Source: a virus (Duplodnaviria > Caudoviricetes). From it: a stretch of DNA of 64,000 nt. The position numbers and the translations under genes were made by a program. Shown here piece by piece: positions 46,304-56,747 of the stretch (its first letter is position 1; each line of letters starts with the position of its first letter). The notes under the pieces were generated by a model. The model was not told the DNA's origin. It did no database searches and saw nothing but the letters and a program-made list of their open reading frames with translations. The stretch is taken from the IMG/VR virus record IMGVR_UViG_3300014208_000043, positions 1,690 to 65,689 of that record; one strand, 5' to 3'.

Positions 46304-47683
46304 ATGCCACAGGCCCCTAACATTCAGCCGAACGATGTTGCCTCAATGTACCAGAGGATGGGCGCAACCGCTGGAGCGGCGGTGCAGAACATCGGGGAGG
46401 CGGTGGATAAGTACAATACGTGGGAAGAGATGCGGAAAACCGAGAGGGCCCGGGTGGCGCTCCGGAGTGAAATTCTGGACAAGTATGGCTTAAAGCCAGA
46501 TTTTATCCCGGAAAAAACTTCGATTGATGACCTTGAGCGTATCGCCGGACGGGCCATGCAGCTCGACGATGTTATTACCAGAGCACAGAAGTTTGGCGCA
46601 GTAGGGGTGGCCGAGAAGAAGCTGGCCGCCCAGTCCCTTCTTGCGGATAAGGCCGAATTCAATTCCTTTATCATGGCAACCGAGAAGGCCGTGGACGAGG
46701 CGGCCAAAGAGCAGAAGAAGGCCGGGGAGCAATCCCAGGCGGCAGGAGTCTTGAAAAACACCAGCTCTATGCTTTCCGATAGGGGCTTTCAAGGTGCGCC
46801 AGGATTATTGCCTGCATCTCCCGAGATTCCAACAAACAAAGGTGAGATTAATTTAAACTACGACCCCAACCAACCAGAAACAGCAACAAACACCCCAGTA
46901 ACGGGAACGAGTGCGATTACGCTTGCCACCCCGGAGGGCGCGGTGAATCCTGCAACGCTAAACCCAAACAGGCAAGAGATTCCGTTATCCGTGTATCTTA
47001 AAAAGCAAAAAGGACAGGAAGCGTCTAGCCAGGATGCGGAAGCAACATTATTGCAGTCACCTTCAATTGCAGAAAAAGCCGGGGAGCAATCACTTAAATC
47101 ATATCGTGGCGCCTTCCGTGATCAGGACGTTATTAATTCTGAATTGGCAGCAAAGAAAAAAGCTGCGAGTGGCGGATCCGACGACAGTATCAAAGATAAT
47201 CAGGTTGTAACCAATTACAATAAGGCCCAAAAAGAAAAGGCCACGATGGAGAAAACCATCAAACAAACCAATCTTGATATTGAAGAATTACGTGGAAATA
47301 TCGAGAAATTAAGTCAGGGAAAAACGATAAAATTCAAGGGCGAATTCGTTCCCCCTACAGATCCTTCCATAAAAAACAAGATAGAGGCGCAACTCCAAAT
47401 CCTTCAAGGCGAACTTGAGGGTTATCAAAGCGACCTCGAAACCTACCAAGCCCAGTACGACGAATGGGGCCAGGAAATGAAGAGACGCGGAATACCTGGA
47501 TCAGGGGCGTCAAAGCCACCAAAAGAAAAACCACCTATCCAAGATGAAGTCAAGACTATTCAGGCGGCAACATCGGCCTATGCAGAAAGGGCAAAGAAAA
47601 ATGGGTGGCCATCATGGGATAGTCTTTCATTACCAAAACGGCAGGAATTTACAGCGCTCTATAAAAAATCCATTGGCCAATAG
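46304..47683 (+). CDS. Probable ejection protein
   Basis: GATAGAAVQNIGEAV N-terminus; coiled coils; precedes the giant gene. Confidence 0.5.
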   Translation: MPQAPNIQPNDVASMYQRMGATAGAAVQNIGEAVDKYNTWEEMRKTERARVALRSEILDKYGLKPDFIPEKTSIDDLERIAGRAMQLDDVITRAQKFGAVGVAEKKLAAQSLLADKAEFNSFIMATEKAVDEAAKEQKKAGEQSQAAGVLKNTSSMLSDRGFQGAPGLLPASPEIPTNKGEINLNYDPNQPETATNTPVTGTSAITLATPEGAVNPATLNPNRQEIPLSVYLKKQKGQEASSQDAEATLLQSPSIAEKAGEQSLKSYRGAFRDQDVINSELAAKKKAASGGSDDSIKDNQVVTNYNKAQKEKATMEKTIKQTNLDIEELRGNIEKLSQGKTIKFKGEFVPPTDPSIKNKIEAQLQILQGELEGYQSDLETYQAQYDEWGQEMKRRGIPGSGASKPPKEKPPIQDEVKTIQAATSAYAERAKKNGWPSWDSLSLPKRQEFTALYKKSIGQ

Positions 47684-47691
47684 GGGGTTTC

Positions 47692-50600
47692 GTGGCTAAG
47701 AATTTGTTGGACAATTTCAATCCACTGGATTCCTTTAATCCATCCGAAAATAAAAGTAGCCTTGATGATTTTAACCCATTGGATAGTTTTAATCCAAATG
47801 ATATTACAGTTAAAGCGCCAACATCAATATTGGGCGTTCCGGTTTTAGATGGCCCCGGTAATGGACCGATTGAAACCAAAAGTAAAAACGCCCAACCCGT
47901 TAATATTTCAGAAGTAGAAATACCAAAATTTCAGGACGTAAGTAAGGTGGATATTCCTGCGTCCGTAGTGGCGGAACCGGCTACGACATCTATAAAATCG
48001 GATGTGTTGGATGATTTTAGTCCATTTCCAGATACCTATATGGCTGGAACAAAAATTCCTACATATAAAAATATTGAACAAAACAATCAATCCAAAACAA
48101 TTTTCCCAGAAAATGCGCCAATAGAAATTGCCGTCCCTCAGCCCGAAAAAGAAAAGCAAGATAATATAATCGGTAGTAGCGCAAAAGCCTTTAATGCTGG
48201 AAGCGCTGCCGTATTGCGTGGCCTTGCCAGGACTCCGGCCTTGGCAGCAAGCGTCGTTGCAACGGGAAGCAACATAATAAATAGTGGAATAAATAAGGCC
48301 ATGGGCGCTGATATTTTTAGAACAGACCTAAAGGCCGCCCCAGAAACTTATGATAACTTTGTTACGCAATATCTTGATAATGTTGCAAGGCGTGATAGTT
48401 ATGTCCAAAAAGAATTTGGATCAAAAGACATATCTCTTACTGATTTGTTAAAAAGGCGGCAAATTGGAGATGCGGCTAAGTGGCTATACTTTAGCACCGT
48501 TGAACAAGTTCCGCAACTCGCTCTTATTGGTGCTGGAAAGATGGCCGGAATCAGCGATGCCGCAGGATTAGTTGGATTGTCTGCAAGTAGTGGAGCCGAG
48601 CAAATAACCGACTATTGGAAAAAGCTTGAAAGGGGAGAGTCGGTTCCAAGCCAAACGGTAGCAACAATGGCCTCGTTAGTCAACGGAAGCTTTGAGGGCC
48701 TTTTTGAGAAGATGGGATCGTTTGCCATACTAGACAGAATGACAAATGCGCTAAAAGGTGTTGGCAAAAAAGAAATACAAGAGGGAGTGTTCCCGGCACT
48801 TAAAACGATATTTAAAGAAATGTTTAAATCTGGGGGTCAGGAATTTGCAGAGGAGGCGGGGACCGCCGTTGCACAGGGAATTGTTGATAAGACAACGGGA
48901 ATGAGGCCGGATTTAACATGGAGTCAAATCACAAAAGAGGCTTTCGAGAATGGAATGGTTGGTCTTACATCCGGGGGTGTTCCTGGGGCCGTAACCGGAA
49001 TGGCAATAAACGTAAATGAGAACGAAAAGAATAAGAGGGCAGCAATCGTTGACGCTTTGAAAAAGACAAATCCTGAGATGGTTGACCAGCTATTGAAATC
49101 TCAAGAAGACATAACATTTGATAAGCTATTAAATAAAGAAATCCCTACACAGCAGAATACCAAGCGATCCGGTTCGGAGATCTATCGCAATCTCGTACCG
49201 GAGGTTCAGGGGGCAACTATTGAACAAGGAGGCGTTAGCGAGAAGCCACCAGAAACACCAACCGCGAGCACGGAAACAGCTCCTCCGCCGGAAATCCCAC
49301 CCGCTACAACTACGGGCCAGACGGGCCCGGCGGAGAAACCGTCACGCCTTCCAAAGAAAAGCGATATTACCTTACAGGAATTCGATGCTCTTCCCGCCGA
49401 GGATAGACAGCGTATTCACGAACAAAATGACGTTACCGGGCGACCCGGCCTAGCCGCATTCAACAGGGTTCTTAAAACCAGAACGAATAACTATACCGCC
49501 CCAACCTATGTTGCCGTTGGGGATGTTAACGGATTCAAGGTTTATAACGACATGCTTCTGGGATCGCAAGCCACCGACGAATTGAATGGAAAAATGTTCG
49601 ACATCTTTGAAAAGCATCTAGGAAAAGACATGAATTCCAATATTCATGGGGATGAGCACATGGCGTTTGGCGATTCTCCCGAGGCCTTGCGAGATAAATT
49701 AGCCGCCGCATCCAAGGAGATTGCCGAGACCCTTGCGATAAAAATGGACGATGGAAAAATTTATCGCCCCACAATGAAATGGAAGATAGGAAAAGTGCAA
49801 ACGAGAGAGGGCGCAGGAGCCCTTAACGCCAAGGATCTTGACAACGATATGATTGGATTTGACAAATCGCTTGGAAAAATATATACTTCTATTAGGGCGG
49901 CCAATGTGCCCGAAAATGAACTGGTTACTCGAAAACTGATTGAGGCTAAACCAGAGGAGAAAAAAAATGAAAACAACATTCCCGACACCGGAGTCGGAAC
50001 AGGAACTCCGGGAGAGCAGGGCAAAGAAAATAAAACGGTTAGCCCCGATACAAGAGTGGGAGAAGCCGCGACCAAACCAGTTCAACCCGTCGTCCCAAAT
50101 CAGCCCGAACCAAAAGTAAAAAAGGAGAAGGCTCCACCGCCTCCTCCTCAGACCCCAGAACCAACACCTACAAACCCGACGCTTATTGCCAAACGCAAGA
50201 AGCTTATTGAAACCCAAAAAAATGTTGCTACGGCAGGCGACAATGATCTTTTTGAAGCAAAGAAGGTTGCTGACCAATACTTATCCCAGGTAACAGCCAA
50301 AGACCCGCAGGCCCAGGCCGCGGCGAAAGCCGTTATAGATGAAATCTATGACCGAGGCTTTGAGTATCGAGGCGGGAAGTATGAACAAGTGGAAAAGCTT
50401 GGAGTAAGAAAGCTTGCAAGGCAACTGGAAGCCGAAGACCGCGTAATGCGGGAGCCGGAAAGCGCATACTCTTCCCTGTCAACGCAGAACGGGTTTGAAA
50501 TCATAAAAGACGGCCTGCTTAACAACATCCCAACAAAGTTTAAAAACAAACCGAAATACAAATACACAATCAACACCCCCGCTGATGTTGTCGCAAAGAA

Positions 50601-53600
50601 AAAGAAAATGCTGGAGACGGACTTTGTTAATGACTTCTTTGGCGTTAATCCAAAATACGAATACTACGATTACGAAAAACAAATTATCAGACCCCTTGAT
50701 ACTTTAAAGTCAAAGCGTACCGGCCTCGACCAGTACGCCGAAGAAAGCAATCTTGATGCTGAAAAGATAAAAGACGCGATGGACGCCGCCATTGAAGGGT
50801 ATTACATAAAAAAGGGCTACTCTGAAGGCGTAAGCAAAGGAGAGGCAAACAGGGAATCGAAAAAGAAAGACTATGTTGAGCGCGCCAGAAAACAGATTGA
50901 ACAAGAAGACGCCTATTCCAAATACGAGGAGGAGCAGCAGAGGAAAAATGAAGAGGCCATACCCTTCAGCCGTTGGTATGAAAACAAATTGTTGACAAAT
51001 GTTAGCAATAAATCTATATTAGGGAAGGAGGCAAAAGATGAAAACAAACCCGTTTCTACTAAAGCTCCTTCTCAAAAACAGCCCGGAACCTCGGAGTCGG
51101 GGAAGGCTACCACTGAAGAATTACGGCCTAGAGACAGGGGAAGAGCGGTCGAGCTTCCAGTGGCAAGATGGGAGAGACCTGGAGACGCTCAAGAGTCATT
51201 CCGAAACCTTATTGACGAACTTCAGAAAGAACCCGGTGGCAGGAACATTACAGATGATGACGTTCAGGTTGTGGAAACTCCTGCGGATGTTTCTGATGCG
51301 CTTTCCACTCTTCGGGATGTTTTGCCCGTTCATCGTGTTATGGTGGTTAGAACTAAGGCCTCAGTACCAGGCTTCGACGGGGTTTTCCTCAAGAAAACTG
51401 GCACATTAGTATTCAACGAAAACATGAAGAAGCCCATTCTTTGGGTTGCCCTTCACGAGATAAAGCACAAGATAGACATCGACTTTCCTTCTGTTGCAAA
51501 ACATTTCAACGACTTCTTTAATTCCCAATTAACACCAGAGGGCCGAGCGGCAAGGCGCAAGAGGGCGCTTGCTGAAATATCCGGCGTCCATGTTAATGAT
51601 TACGATAGGCTTTCGACACAGCAAAAACTGGATGCAGAGGGCAGGCTTACCTCCGCTCTTGAGGACAAAATAGGAATCGGAGAATTGGCATCGGACTTTA
51701 TGGCCGACTCTTTCAATTACGATTCAAAGTTTTTGACCTATCTTTCCAAGAAAAACCCCGGACTATTCAAGAAGGTAATCAAATCCTTCATGGATTTGCT
51801 CACGAAGATTATCAATAAATTCAAGGGCAGTCCGAGAGTCACAAAAACAGAATGGTTCAAGGATATGGGCGCCATGCGGAAGGCGCTGGCCCGGATGGTT
51901 GTGAATGTTGGCGACAAGGTGCGCTTTGAGAACGCGGCCAAGGAATACGATTCCATTGTTGATGAATTTCTTTCCATGGTCAAAGAGGATTTTGAGAAGC
52001 GTAATATTCAGTGGAGCCGGGGACAGGCGGATTTATTTGGTGAAGTAGAATCCCCCGAAAAGATTGCCATTGAAAAGTTCAAGCGCGAGAAATCAGAGAA
52101 AGAGGCTGCCACAAGAAACCCTGAAGTCATGGCCTTGCCGATATTCAATAAGAACGAGACGGCGAGGGCTGCGGAGGCACAGCAGTCTTTGTTTTCTCGT
52201 TCCGAAAAATTCAAGCCCGTCGATACCGAAAGCCCTGAATTTAAGAAATGGTTTGGCGATTCAAAAGTTGTTGATGAGAATGGATATCCGCTGAAGGTTT
52301 ATCATGGGACGACGCACAAATTCACCATCTTCAGCAAGGATCGCGGAAACATGGGAAACCATTATGGCCGCGCTTATTATTTCACCGATTCTAAACTCGA
52401 TGCCGAACAAAATTATAGTGGTATTGGCCCAGACCTAACCCATAGGATAGACCTGAGAACGGAAAGGCTGTTTGATGAGATTGTGGGAGATAAGCCGCCT
52501 AAGTATGGAACGAAAGAATACAATGCGATGATGAGAAAAGCCAAGAAGCTGGCTACAAAAGAACTGTCTGGTGGGAAAGAAACGCTCATTGAAGCCTATG
52601 TCTCTCTTAAAAATCCAGTTGTTTTGGTTGGGGAAAACCAAACTCGATTTGAAATGACTTTTGACGATGATACTGGAGAGGAGGGCGGGAGTGCGCTAGA
52701 GTTATATGCCGCTCTCGATCGAACCGCTGCTGTCTTTGGTATTAATGGTCAGGACGTATGGAATGCTATCTCTGAAAAATTGGATCTTTCGGACTTTACC
52801 GCAAAAGAATTCGAAGATGCAATGAGGGCAAGTGAGACTGTATCGTATATCGAAGATCGGGATACTGGCGATCTTGCCGGAAACGAGTTCATATCTACAT
52901 TGTGGAATAATGTCGGGTTTGATGGAATAATCATGGATGCTGATGAGGCGTTCGGGAATAGGCGTGCCATCGGGAAAAAGATGATGATGGATGAAGGAAC
53001 AAAACATTACATTGCCTTTTCCCCCACGCAAATAAAATCTGCCATTTCCAACACAGGGGAGTTTGACGCAACAAATCCGGATATCAGGTTTTCCCGCACC
53101 TCGCAAAACGAAATCGACAAGAAGATAGAAGAGGTTTTCAGCGAGGCCCCGCGCAAGCCAGCCGACGACACAAAGATTAATGTCCCCCAAAGCGTGAACG
53201 ATGACGTCCAGCACCGGATGAGAATGGCAAAGGGAATTAAGCCACCGCCATTCTATAAAAACATCGAGCCTGCCCTTGTTAAAATCGCCCAAGCCTTTAC
53301 CCGGCATTATACCGGACTTGGAAAAGAGGATGCCGCAGTTGCCGATATTCTCCGCCAGTTCGAAGCGGTTCCCGAGTATTCGCAGGCCATCTCCATGAAC
53401 CTTATGCACAAGATAACGGATGGTCTTGGAAAGAATGGATACGACTTATTCTCGAAAGCAATCATCCTGCCCGACCTGGTTAAGGATATCGACCGCGGCC
53501 TTTACGAGGGCAAGGATGCACTTCCCTTTGGATATAAAAACAGGGCCGAGATTCAGACTGATATCGACAACGTGCAGGCCGAGGTTAAGAAAAACCCCAC

Positions 53601-55818
53601 GGTTGAGGCCGCAATCAAGATGCGCCAGGAGATTAACCGTGCCATTAAAGAAGATTTGGTAAAATACGGCCTTCTCAAGAAAGACGTTCTCGAAGACGAA
53701 GCCTATTTCCACCATCAGGTGCACGACAAGATTGCCGAAAGAGGCTTTTTTGGAATAGGCGCATCCAGTTCCGACGTTCGGGCGCACAAGGCCGGATTCA
53801 TGCGCGGCCGTACCGGTTCCGTTCTCGACTACAATACCGAGTATCTTGAGTCCGAGGGTGAGGTATTGGCACAGGCGATATCGAGAATCGAGACGCTCCG
53901 GACACTGAAGAGACTGAAGCCACTGGTCGATATCTCTGATAAGCTTCAGGCCCAGGCCAAAACTGAAAAGAAGCCCATAGAAGCCGTTATCCCTGAAGGG
54001 TACACGCAGTGGTCTCCAAAAGAGAACACTCCGTTCTATCCGGCAAAGACGATTCCAGAGGAATTAATAGATGCCTTATTAAATAATGTAGATGTTGGCC
54101 CAATTACTGAAGATGACGTAAAAACAGTCATTACGATGGGCCGCAAGGCACAATGGATCGTTAAGGAGGGTGTCGCTGAAACGTTGGATAATCTCAAGCC
54201 TCCTAAATCAACCGGCCCGATGGGTAAATTCGGAGACGCTCTTCAATATGTAAACAACAAGTGGAAGCAGTGGACGCTTTTAATGCCGCTCCGGATTGCA
54301 AAATATAACCTGAACAACATGAGTGGAGACCTTGATATTGTACTGGCATACAACCCGTCAATTCTGAAAGGATTTATCCCTGCCGCCAGGGACGCCTGGA
54401 GACTTATCGTTAAGAAGGAATCTCCAAACGAAGAGATGCTTGGCCTTATTAAGCGGGGTGTGATTGGCTCCGGATTCGCAACCCAGGAGGTTCCGGATAT
54501 AAGTTTTGTGAATATGTTCCGGGCGCTTACCGGGAAAAAGCCAGGTGTTGGAGGTAGGATAAAGCAGGCCGCAGGATGGAACCTTGGAAAGACGATTACG
54601 GAGTGGCGGGAAAGCATACTGAGGATTGCCGCCTATCGGCACTTTAAGGCCCAAATAGAGGCCGGGAAGACGGTTTACGGGGCATCCAAGGCTGATGAGG
54701 TCAACCAGGTCGAGAGCACCGAGGACAAGGCCGCAAAGATGGCCCGTGAACTCTTGGGCGATTACGGCAACCTTTCCGCGGCAGGGCAGGCGTTAAGGTC
54801 AAAACTGATGCCATTCTGGAGCTGGATGGAGATTAACGCTCCCCGCTACATGAGGCTTATCAAAAACGCCCACAAAGAAGGTCGCTCCGGATTCAAGTCT
54901 GGAGCGGTTGCCGGATCACTAAAAACGGCCAAAGTCATTCTTGCCGCAAACATCTTATTCGCCATGGTCACTCTTTGGAACAAGATGTTCTTCCCGGATG
55001 AGGAAGAGGAATTGGGTGATTCAAACAGGCAGCTCCACCTTATTCTTGGAAAGAATGACGATGGAACAATCCGGACCCTCCGGGTGCAGGGCGCCATGTC
55101 CGACGTCCTGAACTGGGCCGCACTCGAAGATTATCCTGACGACATTATGGATTTGGCAAACAAAAAATCCACCATTGGAGAAAAGGCGAAAGAAGCTGGT
55201 ATTTCAACTCTTTCAAAGCTTTTCAATGGTATCGGGCCGCAATACAAGACGCCGCTTGAAATGTACGGAAAGACCAAGCGTTATCCGACAATTGATAAGC
55301 CCCGGCCCGTAAGAGACGTTTACGAGCACCTTGCCGGAGTGTTGTCCGTCGATAAGCCCTATCGCCTTATTGCCGGGAAGCCCACAAAGGGTATTGCCGC
55401 AGAGGGCGAGGGCGCACTTATCTACAAGAGCATCCCCGGAGAAGCCGCGTATTACGACATGCTCAATAAGGCGAGGAAATTTCTCGACCAGAAAACGGAA
55501 GGCGAGAAAATATCTATTACCCCGACTGAGAAAGCGAACGACCTTTATTATTACAAGCAGGCAATTCGCTTTGGAGACATGAAGGCGGCAAAAAAATATC
55601 GGGATAGATACAAGGCGAAGGGCGGGGACTACTCTTCGATGATTCAGAGCTTCGAAAGAATGGGGCCGATGTCCGCATACTCTGGAGAGAACGCCCAGTA
55701 TATCGACGAATTCGAAAAGTCGCTCACGCCAAAAGAGTTCGACAAATTAAACAGGGCACAGGCGTGGTATGAGCAATTCAGAGATGCCGCACTTAACGAT
55801 CCCGGATGGGAGGAATAA
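47692..55818 (+). CDS. Large polyvalent protein (2708 aa): GGDEF-like, HExxH metallopeptidase, ART-PolyVal-like, LPD38-like
   Basis: DVTGRP...DVNGFKVYND...HGDEH; LHEIKH...ELASDF; FKKWFGDSKVVD...VYHGT...YYF...YVSLKNP...GFDG...QIKS..NTGEFD; ELLGDY...PFWSW; FSR-type linkers. Confidence 0.8.
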   Translation: MAKNLLDNFNPLDSFNPSENKSSLDDFNPLDSFNPNDITVKAPTSILGVPVLDGPGNGPIETKSKNAQPVNISEVEIPKFQDVSKVDIPASVVAEPATTSIKSDVLDDFSPFPDTYMAGTKIPTYKNIEQNNQSKTIFPENAPIEIAVPQPEKEKQDNIIGSSAKAFNAGSAAVLRGLARTPALAASVVATGSNIINSGINKAMGADIFRTDLKAAPETYDNFVTQYLDNVARRDSYVQKEFGSKDISLTDLLKRRQIGDAAKWLYFSTVEQVPQLALIGAGKMAGISDAAGLVGLSASSGAEQITDYWKKLERGESVPSQTVATMASLVNGSFEGLFEKMGSFAILDRMTNALKGVGKKEIQEGVFPALKTIFKEMFKSGGQEFAEEAGTAVAQGIVDKTTGMRPDLTWSQITKEAFENGMVGLTSGGVPGAVTGMAINVNENEKNKRAAIVDALKKTNPEMVDQLLKSQEDITFDKLLNKEIPTQQNTKRSGSEIYRNLVPEVQGATIEQGGVSEKPPETPTASTETAPPPEIPPATTTGQTGPAEKPSRLPKKSDITLQEFDALPAEDRQRIHEQNDVTGRPGLAAFNRVLKTRTNNYTAPTYVAVGDVNGFKVYNDMLLGSQATDELNGKMFDIFEKHLGKDMNSNIHGDEHMAFGDSPEALRDKLAAASKEIAETLAIKMDDGKIYRPTMKWKIGKVQTREGAGALNAKDLDNDMIGFDKSLGKIYTSIRAANVPENELVTRKLIEAKPEEKKNENNIPDTGVGTGTPGEQGKENKTVSPDTRVGEAATKPVQPVVPNQPEPKVKKEKAPPPPPQTPEPTPTNPTLIAKRKKLIETQKNVATAGDNDLFEAKKVADQYLSQVTAKDPQAQAAAKAVIDEIYDRGFEYRGGKYEQVEKLGVRKLARQLEAEDRVMREPESAYSSLSTQNGFEIIKDGLLNNIPTKFKNKPKYKYTINTPADVVAKKKKMLETDFVNDFFGVNPKYEYYDYEKQIIRPLDTLKSKRTGLDQYAEESNLDAEKIKDAMDAAIEGYYIKKGYSEGVSKGEANRESKKKDYVERARKQIEQEDAYSKYEEEQQRKNEEAIPFSRWYENKLLTNVSNKSILGKEAKDENKPVSTKAPSQKQPGTSESGKATTEELRPRDRGRAVELPVARWERPGDAQESFRNLIDELQKEPGGRNITDDDVQVVETPADVSDALSTLRDVLPVHRVMVVRTKASVPGFDGVFLKKTGTLVFNENMKKPILWVALHEIKHKIDIDFPSVAKHFNDFFNSQLTPEGRAARRKRALAEISGVHVNDYDRLSTQQKLDAEGRLTSALEDKIGIGELASDFMADSFNYDSKFLTYLSKKNPGLFKKVIKSFMDLLTKIINKFKGSPRVTKTEWFKDMGAMRKALARMVVNVGDKVRFENAAKEYDSIVDEFLSMVKEDFEKRNIQWSRGQADLFGEVESPEKIAIEKFKREKSEKEAATRNPEVMALPIFNKNETARAAEAQQSLFSRSEKFKPVDTESPEFKKWFGDSKVVDENGYPLKVYHGTTHKFTIFSKDRGNMGNHYGRAYYFTDSKLDAEQNYSGIGPDLTHRIDLRTERLFDEIVGDKPPKYGTKEYNAMMRKAKKLATKELSGGKETLIEAYVSLKNPVVLVGENQTRFEMTFDDDTGEEGGSALELYAALDRTAAVFGINGQDVWNAISEKLDLSDFTAKEFEDAMRASETVSYIEDRDTGDLAGNEFISTLWNNVGFDGIIMDADEAFGNRRAIGKKMMMDEGTKHYIAFSPTQIKSAISNTGEFDATNPDIRFSRTSQNEIDKKIEEVFSEAPRKPADDTKINVPQSVNDDVQHRMRMAKGIKPPPFYKNIEPALVKIAQAFTRHYTGLGKEDAAVADILRQFEAVPEYSQAISMNLMHKITDGLGKNGYDLFSKAIILPDLVKDIDRGLYEGKDALPFGYKNRAEIQTDIDNVQAEVKKNPTVEAAIKMRQEINRAIKEDLVKYGLLKKDVLEDEAYFHHQVHDKIAERGFFGIGASSSDVRAHKAGFMRGRTGSVLDYNTEYLESEGEVLAQAISRIETLRTLKRLKPLVDISDKLQAQAKTEKKPIEAVIPEGYTQWSPKENTPFYPAKTIPEELIDALLNNVDVGPITEDDVKTVITMGRKAQWIVKEGVAETLDNLKPPKSTGPMGKFGDALQYVNNKWKQWTLLMPLRIAKYNLNNMSGDLDIVLAYNPSILKGFIPAARDAWRLIVKKESPNEEMLGLIKRGVIGSGFATQEVPDISFVNMFRALTGKKPGVGGRIKQAAGWNLGKTITEWRESILRIAAYRHFKAQIEAGKTVYGASKADEVNQVESTEDKAAKMARELLGDYGNLSAAGQALRSKLMPFWSWMEINAPRYMRLIKNAHKEGRSGFKSGAVAGSLKTAKVILAANILFAMVTLWNKMFFPDEEEELGDSNRQLHLILGKNDDGTIRTLRVQGAMSDVLNWAALEDYPDDIMDLANKKSTIGEKAKEAGISTLSKLFNGIGPQYKTPLEMYGKTKRYPTIDKPRPVRDVYEHLAGVLSVDKPYRLIAGKPTKGIAAEGEGALIYKSIPGEAAYYDMLNKARKFLDQKTEGEKISITPTEKANDLYYYKQAIRFGDMKAAKKYRDRYKAKGGDYSSMIQSFERMGPMSAYSGENAQYIDEFEKSLTPKEFDKLNRAQAWYEQFRDAALNDPGWEE
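49859..49887 (+). promoter_or_regulatory. Internal near-consensus sigma70 promoter within the giant gene
   Basis: TTGACA, 17 nt, TATACT; downstream GAGGAG and +1-frame ATG at 49967. Confidence 0.5.
50989..51020 (+). promoter_or_regulatory. Promoter/operator, copy 3, inside the giant gene
   Basis: TTGTTGACAAATGTTAGCAA; TTGACA, 17 nt, TATATT; then GGAGG and +1-frame ATG at 51038. Confidence 0.65.
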
Positions 55819-56204
55819 TGGAATGCAAAACCCGCGCTGAACAAAATCGCCATTTTACAAAAATGCGTCTTGAGTTTGAGTATTGGCTTTTTGAAAAGGG
55901 ATGGCCATGGCGACAGGCAGAGGCAGCCAGAACCATGGAGTATGCAGAGATATTAGCCAAAGATGGAAAGGGAAAACTTGACACTCTCCATAGATATAGC
56001 CTGGCCGACGACTATTGGCTCACAACAGATAATGGTCTCGACATAAAATGGATTGACTCCAGATATCAAGAGATGGGGGAAAAATGGGAATCCCTTGGGG
56101 GCTGGTGGGGTGGCAGGCGAAAGAAAAAACTTCGCAATGGAAAGGTAGTCTCCGACCCAGATGTTTATCATTTTGACCTTGGACAAAAACCTTTGAAATA
56201 CTAA
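55818..56204 (+). CDS. M15-family peptidase (L-Ala-D-Glu-type endolysin)
   Basis: TLHRYSLADD (SxHxxxxAxD-like), WESLGGWWGG, DVYHF. Confidence 0.7.
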   Translation: MECKTRAEQNRHFTKMRLEFEYWLFEKGWPWRQAEAARTMEYAEILAKDGKGKLDTLHRYSLADDYWLTTDNGLDIKWIDSRYQEMGEKWESLGGWWGGRRKKKLRNGKVVSDPDVYHFDLGQKPLKY

Positions 56205-56251
56205 ACTGCTTTATTTATATTCATAATTCCCTTCTTAACACAACCCCTACA

Positions 56252-56278
56252 AAGGCCCCTAACCGGGCCTTTTTATTT
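56252..56278 (+). terminator. Intrinsic terminator
   Basis: AAGGCCC-CTAACC-GGGCCTT then TTTATTTT. Confidence 0.75.
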
Positions 56279-56290
56279 TAATTAAAATAA

Positions 56291-56322
56291 ATGTTGACAA
56301 TTGTTAGCAATTTGATTATTTT
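56291..56322 (+). promoter_or_regulatory. Promoter/operator, copy 4
   Basis: ATGTTGACAATTGTTAGCAA; TTGACA, 17 nt, TATTTT; followed by ATCATCATGCGAAA as in copy 1. Confidence 0.75.
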
Positions 56323-56328
56323 ATCATC

Positions 56329-56520
56329 ATGCGAAAAACAAGAACACAAAAGAGTAAACCTAAAGATGGAATCCCAAGCGCATTCCACTGCTTCGGAGAA
56401 CACATTGTTAAGCAGGGCCGAAGCATGGAAGAGGCGTCGATTGCGAATCAGTGGTCTTGGTATCATGCGGGATGGTCGAAGCATCGGCAGCTTCTTGAGA
56501 ATAATAAGAAAGAAAAATAA
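56329..56520 (+). CDS. Hypothetical protein
   Basis: ATG 6 nt after the -10 box, same context as ORF 366. Confidence 0.55.
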   Translation: MRKTRTQKSKPKDGIPSAFHCFGEHIVKQGRSMEEASIANQWSWYHAGWSKHRQLLENNKKEK

Positions 56521-56747
56521 TGAATAAAGGCATTAACGATTTACCTTCAGATGGGTGGAGAAATCCATATTGCAATAGCCCTTCATTCTTAGGCCATTGG
56601 CATTACGTTAAGGCAGGAACAAAAATTATGGATTATGAAAGGTCTCGCTTGGTTGGATATCCTATGTTTGGAAATATGGCAATGCTTGGACATGAAGAGG
56701 GTGGAGGGATCTTGCTTAAATACTTGGTGCAATATGGAAATGGATGA
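56520..56747 (+). CDS. Hypothetical protein
   Basis: Coupled start (TAATG). Confidence 0.5.
   Translation: MNKGINDLPSDGWRNPYCNSPSFLGHWHYVKAGTKIMDYERSRLVGYPMFGNMAMLGHEEGGGILLKYLVQYGNG

Noticed and set aside
56238-56244. Lone ACACAAC resembling an attC left core
   Set aside because: No paired stem or downstream GTT core; it lies just before a terminator.
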